64,000 nt of DNA, taken from the NCBI RefSeq assembly GCF_006345805.1, contig NC_043003.1:18414001-18478000 (forward strand). The letters run 5' to 3'. This document shows, one piece after another, positions 24,061 through 38,359 of this stretch. This stretch comes from Octopus sinensis (Eukaryota). Position 1 is the first letter of the stretch; every line of letters starts with the position of its first letter. The translations under genes were made by a program, and so were the position numbers. Under the pieces are notes generated by a model, which saw nothing but the letters and a program-made list of their open reading frames with translations, had not been told where the DNA came from and searched no databases.

Positions 24061-24837
24061 ATGATGATAACAATGACGACGATGATAACGATGATAATGA
24101 TGATAATGACTATGATGACAGCAATGACAACGATGATGATGTCATATCCATTTACTTATTCTTTGCATTTGTGATTTTCATGGGTAGACTCTGAAAAAGT
24201 GATTTATTCTTTATATAACAAAACAACAAAACTTTTCATTGGTGACTCGTTGAATCACCACCGAAAACTCGTTTAGGCTTATAAGGTGTCTTCATAATTA
24301 ATACATTGATCATGGCCTATCATTATGTCTTAAAGCTGAAAAGTACAACGAAATGATATAGTAATTTATAATAATAATCCTTTTGTCATAAAGTACTTTA
24401 TATTGTAACATTGCATCACATGGTGATCTCTAGCATGACATTGTATCAAGCTTGTTGTGTTGTTTGTTTTGGTTTTCCTGTAGAAACAAAAAGAAAGAAA
24501 GAGGAAAGTGGAATGAGAAATAATACAGACAAGAGATAAGCAAGAGAGATGGGAAAGAGAGAAAGAAGGAAAAAGAGAGAGAGTGAGAAGTCTTTACTTA
24601 ATACACAAACAAGAAATGCTATAAGGAGGGTTCACTTAGTGCAATAGATCTTTATTTCTCAGTTGGCTTAGATGGTAAGGCGCCTAGATGAAGTGTTCCC
24701 CAACAAGATTTTAATCCTTCCATTTCATGTGATTATTCAACAAACAGCTGACTAACAATGAAGAATATCTGGAGTTTTGATGTCATGAGTAAGTGTGAAA
24801 AATATGAAGATTGGTTATTAACTTAACCATTTTATTA

Positions 24838-25010
24838 CTGTTGTGTCTGGGGAGAGTCATTTTCTTTTTGTGCCTTATAATGTAACACACTCACCGGTAA
24901 AATTTCCACTTATTTCTTTTTTTTATTTTCCTAAATCCCCAGACACAACAGAATATGCTTCAACACACAAACTCATATAAAGAATCTTGCAAACCAAATC
25001 CCAAAACGAA
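24838..25010 (-). repeat. Deleted copy of the element forming the 29240-29558 palindrome
   Basis: TTGTGTCTGGGGAGAGTCATTTTC arm, plus TCCCCAGACACAA...GCAAACCAAATCC, the reverse complement of 29240-29305. Confidence 0.8.
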
Positions 25011-25959
25011 ACATTTTATTATTGTATTTCTGTTAGAAAATGCTACCTTTTAGCACAAACAAACACCTCTCCCTACAATATCACCAAAAGGGAAAATCAA
25101 AAGAAAATCTTGCTAACACTACAGACTCAACCTCCTTGGTTATTTCAAATCATTTCTTTGTCTTATTTATTTCAAGATAAGACACTCAAGCAATACCAGG
25201 ATCACTTGGCTTGATTCTTAAATTGTAATTAAACAAATACATAACTAACTTGCCATTGCTTTCCCTATTTACCATGTGCCAAGGAATCTTACAGTGATGG
25301 GGGAAAGACACTACAAGGTAGAAAAGAATAGCTATGATGGTTACAGATCCGTAACTCTCACTGGCTTGGTATTGATGTCATGTTCCACTGTTATAATTCC
25401 ATCACAATTCTCCTTGGATGATGATGATAATGATGATGATGATGACGATGACGATGACGACGCCAACGACGATGATGACGCCGGTGACGACGATGACGTC
25501 CATTTACTTATTCTTTGCATTTGCAATTTTCACCTATAGAAAGAAAAAAAAAGTGGATACAACTTTTTAACCACTCAGTAAATACCAGGCTGAAATGAGT
25601 ATAGGGGACACTTTGATCAGCTGCAGGGCCTTGACCCCAGTGTGCCTGGGTAGTTACAGGCCAACAACAGAAATCTAGTGCAAGTGCATAAATCCTTCTT
25701 CTGAACATAATCATAAATAGTTGTGATGCCAGGGTCATAAAAATAACGGTAAGTGAGGGAATCACACATTTGGAAATATGGAAACGGTATTCGTATTTCA
25801 ATAATAACTGGGTACATTTTGGAAGTTTGAAGGTTTAATGGTTGTTTAGAATTAAAGGATTTTCAAGGGGTCTCTGAAGAGAGTGTCACTTACTGGATGC
25901 TGGTTTAACAGGCTTTGGGGAATGTGTAATTTCAGGGAAAGATCAGAGGAGATAATTCT

Positions 25960-26385
25960 TCTACGGAATTGTGTGTGTGTGTGTGTGTTTGTTTGTTGTT
26001 GTCGTTGTCATTGTTGTCATCAACATCATCGTTGTCGTCGTCATAGCATTAGTAGTAGTAGTAGAAGTGGTGGTGATGGTAAGATTCTCGCTGGTAGTAG
26101 TAGTAGTAGTAGTAGTCACAGCAGCAGCAGTAATGGTGGTGGTGGGGTAGTAGTAGTAGTAGTAGTCGCAGCAGCAGCAGTGGTGGTAGGGTAGTAATGG
26201 TGGAGTAGTAGTAGTCACAGCAGCAGCAGCAGTAATGGTGGTGGTGGTGATACTGGTAGTGGTGGTTGTAGGGGTGTAGTAGTAGTAGTAGTAGTTATAG
26301 TAGTAGTAGTAGTCACAGCAGCAGCAGTAATGGTGGTGGTGGTGGTGGGGTGGCAGTAGTAGTAGTATGTGTAGTAGTAGTATGT

Positions 26386-26427
<42 letters not shown>

Positions 26428-26500
26428 TTTATAGTAGTAGTTGTAGTCACAGCAGCAGCAGTAGTAATGGTGGTGGTGGTGGTGGTTTTGGTACTAGTTG
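25960..26500. repeat. Higher-order trinucleotide repeat (GTA/GCA/GGT modules)
   Basis: The module AGTAGTCACAGCAGCAGCAGTAATGGTGGTGG recurs about 5 times. Confidence 0.9.
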
Positions 26501-26679
26501 TAGAAATTGTATGGAAGCTGCTTGTTATTCAGGTGAGAAAAGCATGACTGGTCGGTTCCTTTCTCTTGGATTCGGTAATTATATGGTGGATGCAGCGCAA
26601 GTCCTTTCATAGGAATGGTATAATTTAATTTAGTAGAGTGGACATCAAGCCAGATATTTCATGAGGCATCATGGTGCAT

Positions 26680-27310
26680 ACACACACACACAGAAGCATA
26701 TATATATACACACATACACATGCATACAGATACAGGCATATACACACACCCACATACATGATATACATAGATACACACACACATACACAGAGACACATGT
26801 ATACAAGCACACATACATGTACACGGCTACACAGACACGCACACGCACGCATACACACATGTACAGATACATGTACACACACCACACACCACACATGCAC
26901 ACACTTTCACACACACACATATATGTATATACACACACACTACACATACCACACACGCACACACACGTATATATACACACTCTCATGCACCCATACACAC
27001 ACCTCTCCCTCTCTCTTTCCCTCCCTCTCCTTCCTCTCTCTTTCCTTCTCTCTCCTCTCTCCCTCTCCCTTTCTCTTTCCCTCTCTCTCCTCTCTCCTCT
27101 TCCTTCTCTCTCACACACACAAACACACACACACACATGCACACACTTTCACACGCACATATATATACACACACATACCCAAGTGCACTACACACACACA
27201 CACACGCGTATATATACACACTCATGCACCCATACACACACCCTCTCTCTCCCTCTCTCCCCGTCCTCACACACAAACACACACACACACACACACACAC
27301 ACGAATTGTA
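26680..27310. repeat. CA/CT-rich cryptic microsatellite with an about 240-bp duplication
   Basis: CACATGCACACACTTTCACAC...CTCATGCACCCATACACACA occurs near 26890 and 27130. Confidence 0.85.
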
Positions 27311-27779
27311 TGTGTGTTTGTGTAGTTCTCGTCATCAAGAATGTATGATCTGGTTCCATCTCCTTTTAGTTGCTATTTTGCTTAACACCAGACATTTATT
27401 TTCACGCTCGGAATTGTCAAAGCATGGAATAAACCAACTGCATCAGTCATTAGCATTCTTCAAAACTCAAAAATTCCATGCCTCCTGAAATTCACCCACT
27501 CTAACCCCTGACACACCCTAAGCAACCCTTTCCCTTTTTATGGCTCATTTAATGTTTATTTTTCTGGGGGTGTCTTTTGTTTTTGTGTTTTGTTTAATGT
27601 GCAGCGTTTGCACTTTTAGCTGCCATCACCATATTTCTTTATTTGACTTACATCTGCTTTCTCTCCTTTCTTTTAATCTTTTACTGGTGAGTCGTCATAC
27701 ATCTGAGCACTGCATTCAATAAGATCATCATCATCATCATCATCATCATCGTCATCATCATCATTATCATCATCATCAT

Positions 27780-28105
27780 TATTGTTGTTGTTAGTAGTCT
27801 GTCTTTATGTTCAGAGTTCAAATGCCACCGAGGTCAACTTTGCCTGTTGCTCTTTTGGATGAACTGCAGCTGATGCGGTCAACTTGTCCCTTCCCCTGAA
27901 ATTACTGGCCTTGTGCCAGAATTTGAAGCCAGGCAAAATGTTCAGCTGCATTTCGTCTGTCTTTACATTCTGAGTTCAAATTCTACCACGGTTCCACATT
28001 GCCTTTCATCCTTTCGAGGTCGATAAAATAAATACCAGTCAGGCCAAAGTTGACCTCGGCGGCATTTGAACTCAAAACATAGAGACAGACTAATAACAAC
28101 AACAT
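27780..28105. repeat. Inverted pair of equally truncated family 1 SINE fragments
   Basis: 27780-27843 is the approximate reverse complement of 28046-28105, including flank. Confidence 0.75.
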
Positions 28106-28553
28106 CAACGACGATAATGAAGATAATGATTATTATGATCATTATGATGATGACGACGATAATGACGACAATGATCTTATTGAATGCAATGCTCAGATGT
28201 ACTGAGGTGAATCCAAAATTGTTGACCGTGCACTTAAAATTTGAAATCATTATTATTATGATTATACATAAATGCATACATAGATATGCAACTGTGTGTG
28301 TGTGAGAGAGAGAGAGAGAGTGTGTGTGTGAGTACAGTGATGGGTTCGAGTGTTTCGTTTATTTACAAGCTGATTTCTTAATTTCACCTGAGTATAAACA
28401 CCTAGAATGACAATGCTTAAAAACAAATATCAAATTTATAAATTTCCCATTAAGCAAGTGGTCGTATTATTTATATCCTACAATGAACTACAATACATTT
28501 GATTCACCTGCCATCATCGAAAGACTTGAAAACACTTCTCAAATTCTATGCAA

Positions 28554-28936
28554 TCTCTATATATATAAAGCTGAAGTTGTCTGTGTATGGCAGGTTTGGT
28601 AGCCTTAAACTAACACTATCTCCTCCGAGACCCTGTGGCGCAAGTTGACCAAAATTGAGAGTATGATAGAAGAAGGCTTGCTCTTCCTTCCGTAGAAGAA
28701 AAAATTCAAATCGGATCAAGTTAACACCAAAAATTATTTACATCAAAAAGGTGCTTTTTTTCTATGAAAATCCCTATTTTTTACTGATTTTTTGACTGCT
28801 GTGTCGCCATTTTTCATTGTATTTCAACCAGAAAAATGTTCACTTAAAGAGAATAACAAGCTACATAATGCAAAATTTTTACTTTTCAAAAATTCCAATT
28901 CTAAAGGGTCGAAACAAACCCGGGCGATACTGCTAG
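28554..28936 (+). mobile_element. Non-autonomous Helitron
   Basis: A|TCTCTATATATATAAAG 5' end; 3' end CCCGGGCGATACTGCTAG|T shares its last bases with 15743-15757. Confidence 0.75.
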
Positions 28937-29289
28937 TATTTTCTATAAGTATTTCATATTGTTCAGTTTCTGTTTCATTTGAAGTGACCCTCATCTACAT
29001 GGTTATAGATCATGATGTATCTATGCACGTAGACATGTATGGGGACCTACCTACCTACATACATACATACATACAAACAAACATAAATACATACATAGAT
29101 ATGCGATTGTGTGTGTAATCACAGTGATGGATTTAAAGGTTTCATTTATTTATGAGTTCATTTCTTAATTTCACTGTTCTTAGGTTTCTAATCCTCTTTT
29201 AGGCAAACACTTACAAAGCTTAATTTAATTTGATTTCGTTTTTGGATTTGGTTTGCAAGATTCTTATATGAGTTCGTGTGTTGAAGCAT

Positions 29290-29558
29290 ATTCTATTGTG
29301 TCTGGGGAGAGTCATTTTCTTTTTGTGCCTTATTATGTAACACACTCACCGGTAAAATTTCCACGTTTTTCTTATTCTTATTGTCCTAAAATTTTCGTTG
29401 CGTCTTGCAACCTTTGCAATAGTTTTGAGTCAAAAGGTTGCAAGACGCAACGAAAATTTTAGGACAATAAGAATAAGAAAAATGTAGAAATTTTACCGGT
29501 GAGTGTGTTACGTAATAAGGCACAAAAAGAAAATGACTCTCCCCAGACACAATAGAAT
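29290..29558. repeat. Palindromic element (126-bp arms, 17-nt spacer)
   Basis: Arms 29290-29415 and 29433-29558 are reverse complements with three transitions. Confidence 0.92.
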
Positions 29559-30235
29559 TAATTTGATTTGATTATCTTCAAACATACATAACTACATACA
29601 TAGATATCCAACTATGTGTGTGTGTGTGTGTGTGTATTCAATTAAAAAGCATGGGTAAGCAACACATTGTAAGCCACACTATAAATTGCGAAAATATTTA
29701 TCTGCGCACAAAGTATGCATCACCCATCCGATGCCTTTTCTTCATTCTTTCTTCTTTTTTCTTTTTCTCTTCTCAACTTTTCCCTGTTTCCCCCCCCCCA
29801 TAAGAGCTTTTATTACCCATATTTATCAATAAACACCCCTGGTTTTTCGTACACTGGCTTTCCATTATCGACATCACATATACATTAATGATATTATAAT
29901 CTACTCCAGCCACTACAATTATGTATGTATGCTAATAATGAAATGCAACCACACCCCTGTCTATCTTGCTGAAGTAATTGGTGATTAGGGCATTCCATTG
30001 ATTCTTTACTGATGTCAATCTCTGCTCCCACCTTTTTTGCATTCACCATTATGGTGAACTACTTTCAACAGAACAGTCATATGGACCTGATGTAAAAGCA
30101 CACTGGATACCTTTGAGACATTTGTAATGTTATGTAAACTGCACCTAAGGTGCTTTTGAAACAACTGTCGTACTCAACTACCTCTTCCAGTTTTTTTTAT
30201 TTACTGGTAAATTTATATATATGTATATATATAGG

Positions 30236-30378
30236 TTCAGGAGTGGCTGTGCAGTAAATAGTTTGCTTACCAACCACATGGTTCTGGGTTCAGTCTCACT
30301 ACATGGCACCTTGGGCAAGTGTCTTCAGGCCGACCAAATCCTTGTGAGTGGATTTGGTAAACGGAAACTGAAAGAAGC

Positions 30379-30466
<88 letters not shown>

Positions 30467-30695
30467 CGTGTGTATATATGTTTGCATGTCTGTGTTTGTC
30501 ACCCCAACATCGCTTGACAACCGATGCTGGTCTGTTTACGTCCCCGTAACTTAGCAGTTTGGCAAAAGAGACTGATAGAATAAGTACTAGGCTTACAAAG
30601 AATAAGTCCTGGGGTCAATTTGTTCGACTAAAGGCAGTGCTCCAGCATGGCCGCAGTCAAATGACTGAAACAAGAAAAAGAGCAAAGAATAAAAG
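30236..30695 (+). mobile_element. SINE family 2 with an expanded (TA)n
   Basis: Head + about 100-bp TA tract + tail. Confidence 0.88.
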
Positions 30696-31144
30696 AATAC
30701 ATATATATATATTATATATATATATATATACACATATATATACACACACATTAGGTATCCAAACAGTGCTGTTTACCAAATCTTACACAAAGGCATTGGC
30801 ACTTGCTCAAGGCACTGCATAGTGGTACCAAGTGATTGCAATCCCAAACTTCTTAAACACTCAGCCATACATTATATTCTATATTTTACCAAAATATTGG
30901 TTATTTAATCAAATATGGAAAAGATAGAAATTTCTTCTTTCACACTTCAAGATATTGGACTTTTATTTTTAATCATCTGCCAGTGTCTCGTTTGCTTGAG
31001 ATATTTAAATGTCTCCCTAATCATCTGTTAATCTAAGATTTCTACTTCTTTGATATAGGAATCAATATTATAATTCGTTTATTGAATTGTTATCTATCGT
31101 TTTTTTGATATAAAGTTGCTGATCATCTCACTGGAAATGCAGCA

Positions 31145-31216
<72 letters not shown>

Positions 31217-31579
31217 CATTCATTCAGTTTTTTATTTATTTTATTAACTATGGAACTACGCTATAGCAGATAATATTTTTTTTTCTCAAATATTGGTAGA
31301 AGGCCATCAATTTTGAGGTGAGGGGAAAGTTGATTACATGAATCCCCCAGCACTCAGCTGGTACTTATTTTATCAACCCTGAAAGGATGAAAGGCAAAGG
31401 CAACCATGGCAGAATTTGAACTCAGGATAGAAAGCCTGAAGATATGCCCCATCCCCAAGCATTTTGTCTGGAAAGGTAAAGATTCTGACATATATTCACA
31501 ATTTTCATAGATGACCAGGAATGTAGGACACTGCTGTATGATGGAGACATTTTCTTTCAATTCACTTGTAAAAATAATT

Positions 31580-31825
31580 CTTTTACTCTTTTAATTGTTT
31601 CAGTCATTTGACTGCTGCCATGCTGGAGCACCACCTTTAGTTGAACAAATCGATCCCAGGACTTATTCTTTGTAAGCCTAGTACTTAATCTATTGGTCTC
31701 TTTTGCCGAACTGAACTGCTAAGTTACGGGAATGTAAATACATCAATATCGGTTGTCAAGCAATGGTAGGGGGACAAACACAGATACACAAACATACCCA
31801 CTCACATGCACACGTATGCACACAC

Positions 31826-31911
<86 letters not shown>

Positions 31912-33003
31912 CTACTACATAAGTGGTGGAAAATTGGTGTGTGTTTGTTTGTGGCATTGTTATCTAACTCTTCCAACATCGTTTTATTGATTTTGATGAA
32001 ACTTGACATGTGAGTAGAACTCATGTCTGGAAACCTCATGGCAAACTTAAATCATTGAAGAAATCGATAATAGGCCTCTGGAAGGGATCTTTATATCTAC
32101 CTCATATAAAAATTTTTTTAAACACTCAAGGGAAACAACCCATACCACCTGCATAATATTTTTTTTTAACGCTCAAGGGAAATAACCCATTTCATTGTTT
32201 ATGTTCGATTACTTTGAATATTGATTTTTTTGGTGTCTCCAGTTTCTAATTTTTGCAGACAGTACCACTTTTTTACTTTATTTCACATTTGAGTAGAACT
32301 CATGTCTGGAAACCTCGTGACATTCTTAGTTTGTTGAAAAAAATCGATAATAGGGACCATTCAATGGATCCTCCTATCCATTACATATTACTAATAACCC
32401 ATACCACCTGCAGTTTTTAGCAAAGCGATCAATATTTGATTCTCACGATCAGCTGACCTAATTCTGCATTTCACTACTCACGGTTTTGAACTGCTAAACA
32501 TTATTATTGCACTTCCTTAATTTGAATCTCTTCATTCATACATCTCTAGACATACATACTTTTTTGAATGCCCATTTCTCCAATAATTCTGCATTTTTAC
32601 AGATATTTTTCCACAATGTATTTGTAGTGGCTTCATGCAGACAGCGTGGATTTGATCCTCAATTACCAAATTTCACTTCACACTTCAACAGCGCTTTTCT
32701 CATGGTAAAAAAATAGTTTATCTGTGAACGACAACCTCTCTCACCGAACTCCGAAAACCTCTCTCGACAATTTCTGACAACTTCTCTAGACAACCTCTGA
32801 CGACCTCTCTTGCCAACCTCCAACAACCTCCCTCACCAGCCTCCAACAATCTCTCCCTCCTCCAGCTGACAGTTTTTGTACTTTTTCATGACAGAAAATA
32901 CACCTTTTGTGGCAGTTATAATGAAATTGCTTTCTTATATCAGAGTAATAAAGCGTTTCAATACAACATCCTTACACCCAGGAATTACCGGGTACACCAG
33001 CTA

Positions 33004-33051
<48 letters not shown>

Positions 33052-33218
33052 TATATATACGACGGGCTTCTTTCAGTTTCCATCTACCAAATCCACTTAC
33101 AAGGCTTTGGTTGGTCCGAGGTTATAGTAAAAGGCACTTGCCCAAGGTGCCATGCAGTGGGACTGAACCCAGACCATGTGGCTGGTAAGCAAGCTACTTA
33201 CCACACAGCCACTCCTAT
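31580..33218 (-). mobile_element. SINE family 2 split by a Helitron
   Basis: Tail half 31580-31910; head half 33005-33218. Confidence 0.8.
31911..33004 (+). mobile_element. Non-autonomous Helitron with internal duplications and a GACAACCTCTC minisatellite
   Basis: A|TCTACTACATAAG 5' end; ACCCAGG-AATTA-CCGGGT hairpin followed by CTAG|T. Confidence 0.7.
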
Positions 33219-33505
33219 ATATATATATTTTCTCACCAAAATAACTTCAAGTGATATCAATTATACAGTATGGATCATAGACGTTTGTTTGGGAATCTTT
33301 AACATTCTCACAACATTATATATTGAATGTAGGGGCAAGGGTGGCTATGTGGTTAAGGAGTTTGCTTCTCAACCATGTGGTCTTGAGTTCAGTCTCACTG
33401 TGCAGCACCTTGGGCAAGTGTTGTTCTGCTATAGCGCCAGGCTGGCCAAAGCTTTGTGACTGAAATTTGGTGGATGGAAACTGAAAGAAGCTAATGGTAT
33501 ATCTA

Positions 33506-33536
<31 letters not shown>

Positions 33537-33687
33537 GTCTGTCTGTCTGTCTGTCAGTCTGTCTGTTAGTGTGTGCGTGTGTATTTGTGTGTTTATGAAA
33601 ACATTCTTCTACTTGTCCTACAGTAAGTCAAGTTTAATCATAATTCAAAACAAAACCTCTTTTATCATTAAGTTATACAACAACAAA

Positions 33688-33778
33688 GGAGGAGGAGGAG
33701 AAGAAGAAGGAGGAGAAGGAGGAGGAGGAGGATGAGGAGGAAGAAGAAGAAGAAGAAGAAGAAGAAGAAGAAGAAGGC
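33688..33778. repeat. (GGA)n/(GAA)n purine tract
   Basis: Directly visible. Confidence 0.95.
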
Positions 33779-34089
33779 TGTCTGAACATCTATATCGAGG
33801 CTTTCTCTTCTAAAACTATTTCAACTAAATTTATAGATAAAAATTGGTCAATTATTTTGTCAGATGTAATTTGTTAAAACTGCACTGATATCTAGTAGAA
33901 GAAATTCTAAGAAATTCTAAAAAAGTATAATATAAAATAAAAGAAAAGAAAAATCAAATGGGGTTGTGAGGAGTGGGGAGAAGAAGAGATCACTGCATTG
34001 TATTTCCATTGTATTTCTCTTGTGATATATTTTGGTATTGGAAAAAGAAGTATATCTGAGATGTTATGATAATACTTCACTATAACTAT

Positions 34090-34400
34090 AATGAGCAAAT
34101 GATTATGATAATGTTCATCATTATCATCATCGTCGTTGTCATCATCATCATCACTATCCCCACCACCACCACCACCACCACCACCACCATCATCATCATA
34201 ATCATCAGTGTCATCATCACCACCATCATCATCATCATCATCATCACCACCACCACCATCATTATCATAATCATCATCACCACCACCACCACCACTATCA
34301 TCATCATAATCATCATCACCACCATCATCATCATCATCATCATCACATCATCATCATCATCATCATCATCATCATTGTCATTGTTGTCGGTTGTCATCAT
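34090..34400. repeat. (CAT)n/(CAC)n microsatellite
   Basis: Directly visible. Confidence 0.95.
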
Positions 34401-34499
34401 CTTAGTTGCTGACATCATTGTCACTACTCTAGTTCATATACATATATATATATATTTAAATACATACAGACATTACAGGGTGGTTGTCTACTCCTTATG

Positions 34500-34850
34500 C
34501 AGAATTTTACTACCTTCTGCACCTACACCTTAGAACCATCATGGTATCTGATGTGGCTTTTTAAACCAGACAATGTTCTGCAAAGACACCCACATAGATT
34601 GCACATCCAATTTGGAACACCAAGAGCTGCAGCTAAGTTCTGATCTTTGTGGATCTTAAAATGTCTTTTAAGGCCTCCATTAGATTTGCAAGCCTTCTGG
34701 CATACACTGCATTCAAAAGTCTGCACAGACATATAGGCTGAATAGTTGGTGGAGGTTTGTTTTCCATGGGTTCACAAATGAGAATTGGTCCCAGCAAAAG
34801 AAAGGCATTCTCTGTCATAAACTGTGTACACAAAAATGTCATTGTTATTC
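34500..34850 (-). pseudogene. Three in-frame C2H2 zinc fingers (first one degenerate), probably a retrotransposon ORF C-terminus
   Basis: FVYTVYDRECLSFAGTNSHL*TH / FECSVCQKACKSNGGLKRHFKIH / WMCNLCGCLCRTLSGLKSHIRYH. No TGEKP linkers. Confidence 0.65.
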
Positions 34851-34894
34851 ACCTTTTCGATCGTAACATTCTATGTATGTATTACACCTATGAA

Positions 34895-35097
34895 AGGCAG
34901 TGAGCTGGCAGAAAACTTAGCACGCCAGGTGAAATGCTTAGCAATATTTCATCTGCTGCTATGTTCAATGTTCAAATTCTGACGAGGTTGACTTTGCCTT
35001 TCATCCTTTCAGGGCCGATGTAATCGACTTAATCCCTTTGTCTGTCCTTGTTTGTCCCCTCTATGTTTAGCCCCTTGTGGGCAATAAAGAAATAAGA
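34895..35097 (+). mobile_element. SINE family 1, tail A, internally deleted
   Basis: Head and tail A match 231-462. Confidence 0.8.
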
Positions 35098-38000
35098 AGC
35101 TTGCTTCCCTGCCACATTGTCCCAGGTTCAGTCTCACCTTGGGCAAGTGACTTCTGCTATAGCCCAGTGTCAACCAAAGCTTTGTGGAGGGGGGGATTTC
35201 AGAAATAGAAACTGAATGAAGAATATGAGATGGTTATTTTTACAGCTGTTGTTTTTTTTTCCTTTCTCATTTTTGCAATTTTTTTTTTGTTAGTCTTTAA
35301 TCATTTATTTATTTCTTTTTCAATCTCAGAATGCAGAAAATCCCAATAGCACCTGCTGATCAAAAGAATCTCACCTGAATAACAAGTGATTTGAATTCAC
35401 TTTGAGGTGACTCAGGTGCACAGTACAAGCTGAAATAACAGCAAAATATCAATATCCAACATTTACATTCTCTATGGGTAATTTGATTCATCCAGTTTGA
35501 AATATTCAGTATTTCTTACATTCAACATGTCTAAGGTAATGACCTTTATTTTTAATTTGTTTCTTATATATCACTCTGTAAAAATCAGTTTATCTGAAAC
35601 CTATCCATGGATTTACAATATAGAATTGTGATAAACCATAACTTTAGATCCTACCACCTTATGTTGCTTAGAATATAAGCAAATCATTTTTATTCTTTTT
35701 CTCACTTAACACTGATGAGTGCAAATCGCAAACTACATATTGTTGCTATTATGTTAAACTGTTGTATGTCCAAATTTGACCAAATGTGTTTTTTTTTTTA
35801 ATATTTGATTTTGCTTGCAATAGCCAGTTATTTTGGTCAAACTATCGTATCTCCAACTGCTTTAGATGAAAATTGTCAAAGTGTAGTACAATGGTTTAGC
35901 ATTTTTCAAATGTGTAGTAAGCCCCATGTATGACAGTTTTACAAAAATATTTCTGACTGAAAATATCATACATGCATGGGGTTACGATTTTATGCACCCA
36001 ACAAAGTATTATCGTTAAGCTGAAACTGTTGCTAATGTAAAAAGAAATGGAATGGTGAAACTATTTTTTTTCATTTTCTGAAAAAAGCAACATTTTGGAC
36101 TTACTACACTTTTGCATAATAGCAACAATACATACATACATATATATATATATATATTTCAAGGGACATAATCGATACCTAAACGATTTGTTTGGTTGTC
36201 ACATCTTCTTGAATATTACCACAGAAAGTAATAATGCAGATGTAGATATAATCATTATCTTACAAAAACAAAAAAAAAAACAAATAAAACTTTCTGCAGT
36301 AATTCTCAGCAAACGAATCCATGACTGTTTATTGAATTTGCACTTAATTTTTTCCTTTCCTTTTTTTTTGGCCTTTTTTTCCTTCTTTTTTTCCATTAAC
36401 CTTTAAAACCTAAAATCTTTAAATACTCCATATGGTTTTTTTTTTACAGCTGTTTTTTGGTTTTTCCTTTTTCATTTTTATTTTGGTTATTCTTTAATCG
36501 TTTCTTTACCTTCATTTATTTTTATTTTTTACGTTTTTCTTTTTTTTTTTTTCAATTTCAAGCTTACTCGGGTGACTCATTCACTGGGTGTATGTAAATA
36601 TATGTACGTACTTGTGAAGCACCTCTTCGACAAAGTTACGCATACATACATTCCCGCATGTGTTTAAATACACCATGATTTTATATGAGGACACTTTACT
36701 CTGATGCGACAAATGAAACTTCACTGACAGAAAGCAATATTGTCATATATGCTTACACATCGATTCAATATATAAATATATATATATATATACACACACA
36801 CACATGCACACATAGGTATACATGTATATGTGTGTATATGTATATATATGATATATATGTATTATATATATATATATATAAACATATATATATATATGTA
36901 TATATTTCTCAATACATATAAGCATATATATACACATACATACACACATGCATATATGAATAGATATTTATATGTATATACATATTTGTATATATCCACA
37001 CACACATATTTATTCAGACATACACTTGTGCAGTGGTATTGTAATAACCAAATAAAGATATATGCATCTATGACCATATGCGTGTATACATACATACATA
37101 CATACATACATGCATGCATACATACACACACACATACATACACACACACACACATACATACATACATACATATATTCATACTGTCATACACATACACACA
37201 TGACACACACATCCACTCACATGTGCACAAATGTGCATAGGGATTATTGGAATCAAATAAGGATTTTTTTTGTTACATAAGCAAGATCACTCGTTTGTAC
37301 ATAAACGCATGCAGGAATACAAATGCACAGACAAACATATCCGCATACATAAAACATACATTAACTAAATATATTTCTTATTTTGGAGTCACAGATACAC
37401 AAACATTCAAGCACGATGACGCAACAAATCTCAGGCAAATATTAAAATCTCTATGTTTTCTATTATTTTTTTTTCTCCTTATTTGGCTCATCCAATCCAT
37501 TTTCTGTAACTAAATATCATTTGTCAGTCACCCCTAGATATTATAATAGAATGTTCAGCTTTATATCTGATATTGCTGGGTTATTGAAGACCAGACAATA
37601 AAAAGATTAGGTCAATGCTGTATGTATATATAATATATATACGTTTTTATTATTGTTTTGCAATTTACTTAATCATCGGTATATTATTGTTATTTTAATT
37701 TTAATATTTCTATTATATGTAATTTTCTAGATGATGTAATTTAACTATTCATTTTGAATTGATAAAAGGTGGTTTTTTTCTAATTTTTATATATATATTT
37801 TGTGAAATTTGATTTAATATTTCTAAATTGAATTTTTCCCTGTAAGTTAGGAATAATATTCCCTCAAATAATTATATATATATAATCAAGGTACACAAGC
37901 AACAATTTTGCTTTTGGCTTTACAAGCAAAAGCATTTGATGAAAAAAAAAGAGGAGACATAGTAACTAGAAATTATTACAAAGCAATCTACCTAGGGCTA

Positions 38001-38359
38001 CAATCCAAATTTGTAGCTGGTGCAAACTTCCATCTAAACCAGAAGGACTCTGCAAGGAGGATAGAGCCAGTCTCCCCATTTTTTTTTTTTTTTTGGTGTA
38101 TGTATATTCATCCATGTATGGGATGCCAGTCTGTCACAGAATTACTCATTTCTACAAGCTGAGTGGACTAGAGGAACATGAAATGAAGTGTCTTGCTCAA
38201 GAACACAATGACTTACCTGGTCCGTGAATTGAAACCACAATCTTACAATCATGAGTCCAACACCTTAATCCCGGCATGTTAACGTTTCTTGCCAGCTCGC
38301 TTCCTTAACCTGATGGCATGGCTGTATGGTTAAGGAGTTTGCTTTGCCCAAGCAAAAGT

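Noticed and set aside
29433-29475. GTTGC-AAGAC-GCAAC-GAAA as hammerhead stem II
   Set aside because: No CTGANGA upstream and no plausible cleavage triplet.
35325-35415. Polypyrimidine acceptor followed by QKIPIAPADQKNLT*
   Set aside because: All frames stop, and the T-rich tract recurs at 36440-36580, indicating a repeat.
35710-35745. CTGATGAGTGCAAATCGCAAAC hammerhead-like start
   Set aside because: No GAAA and no stems I or III.
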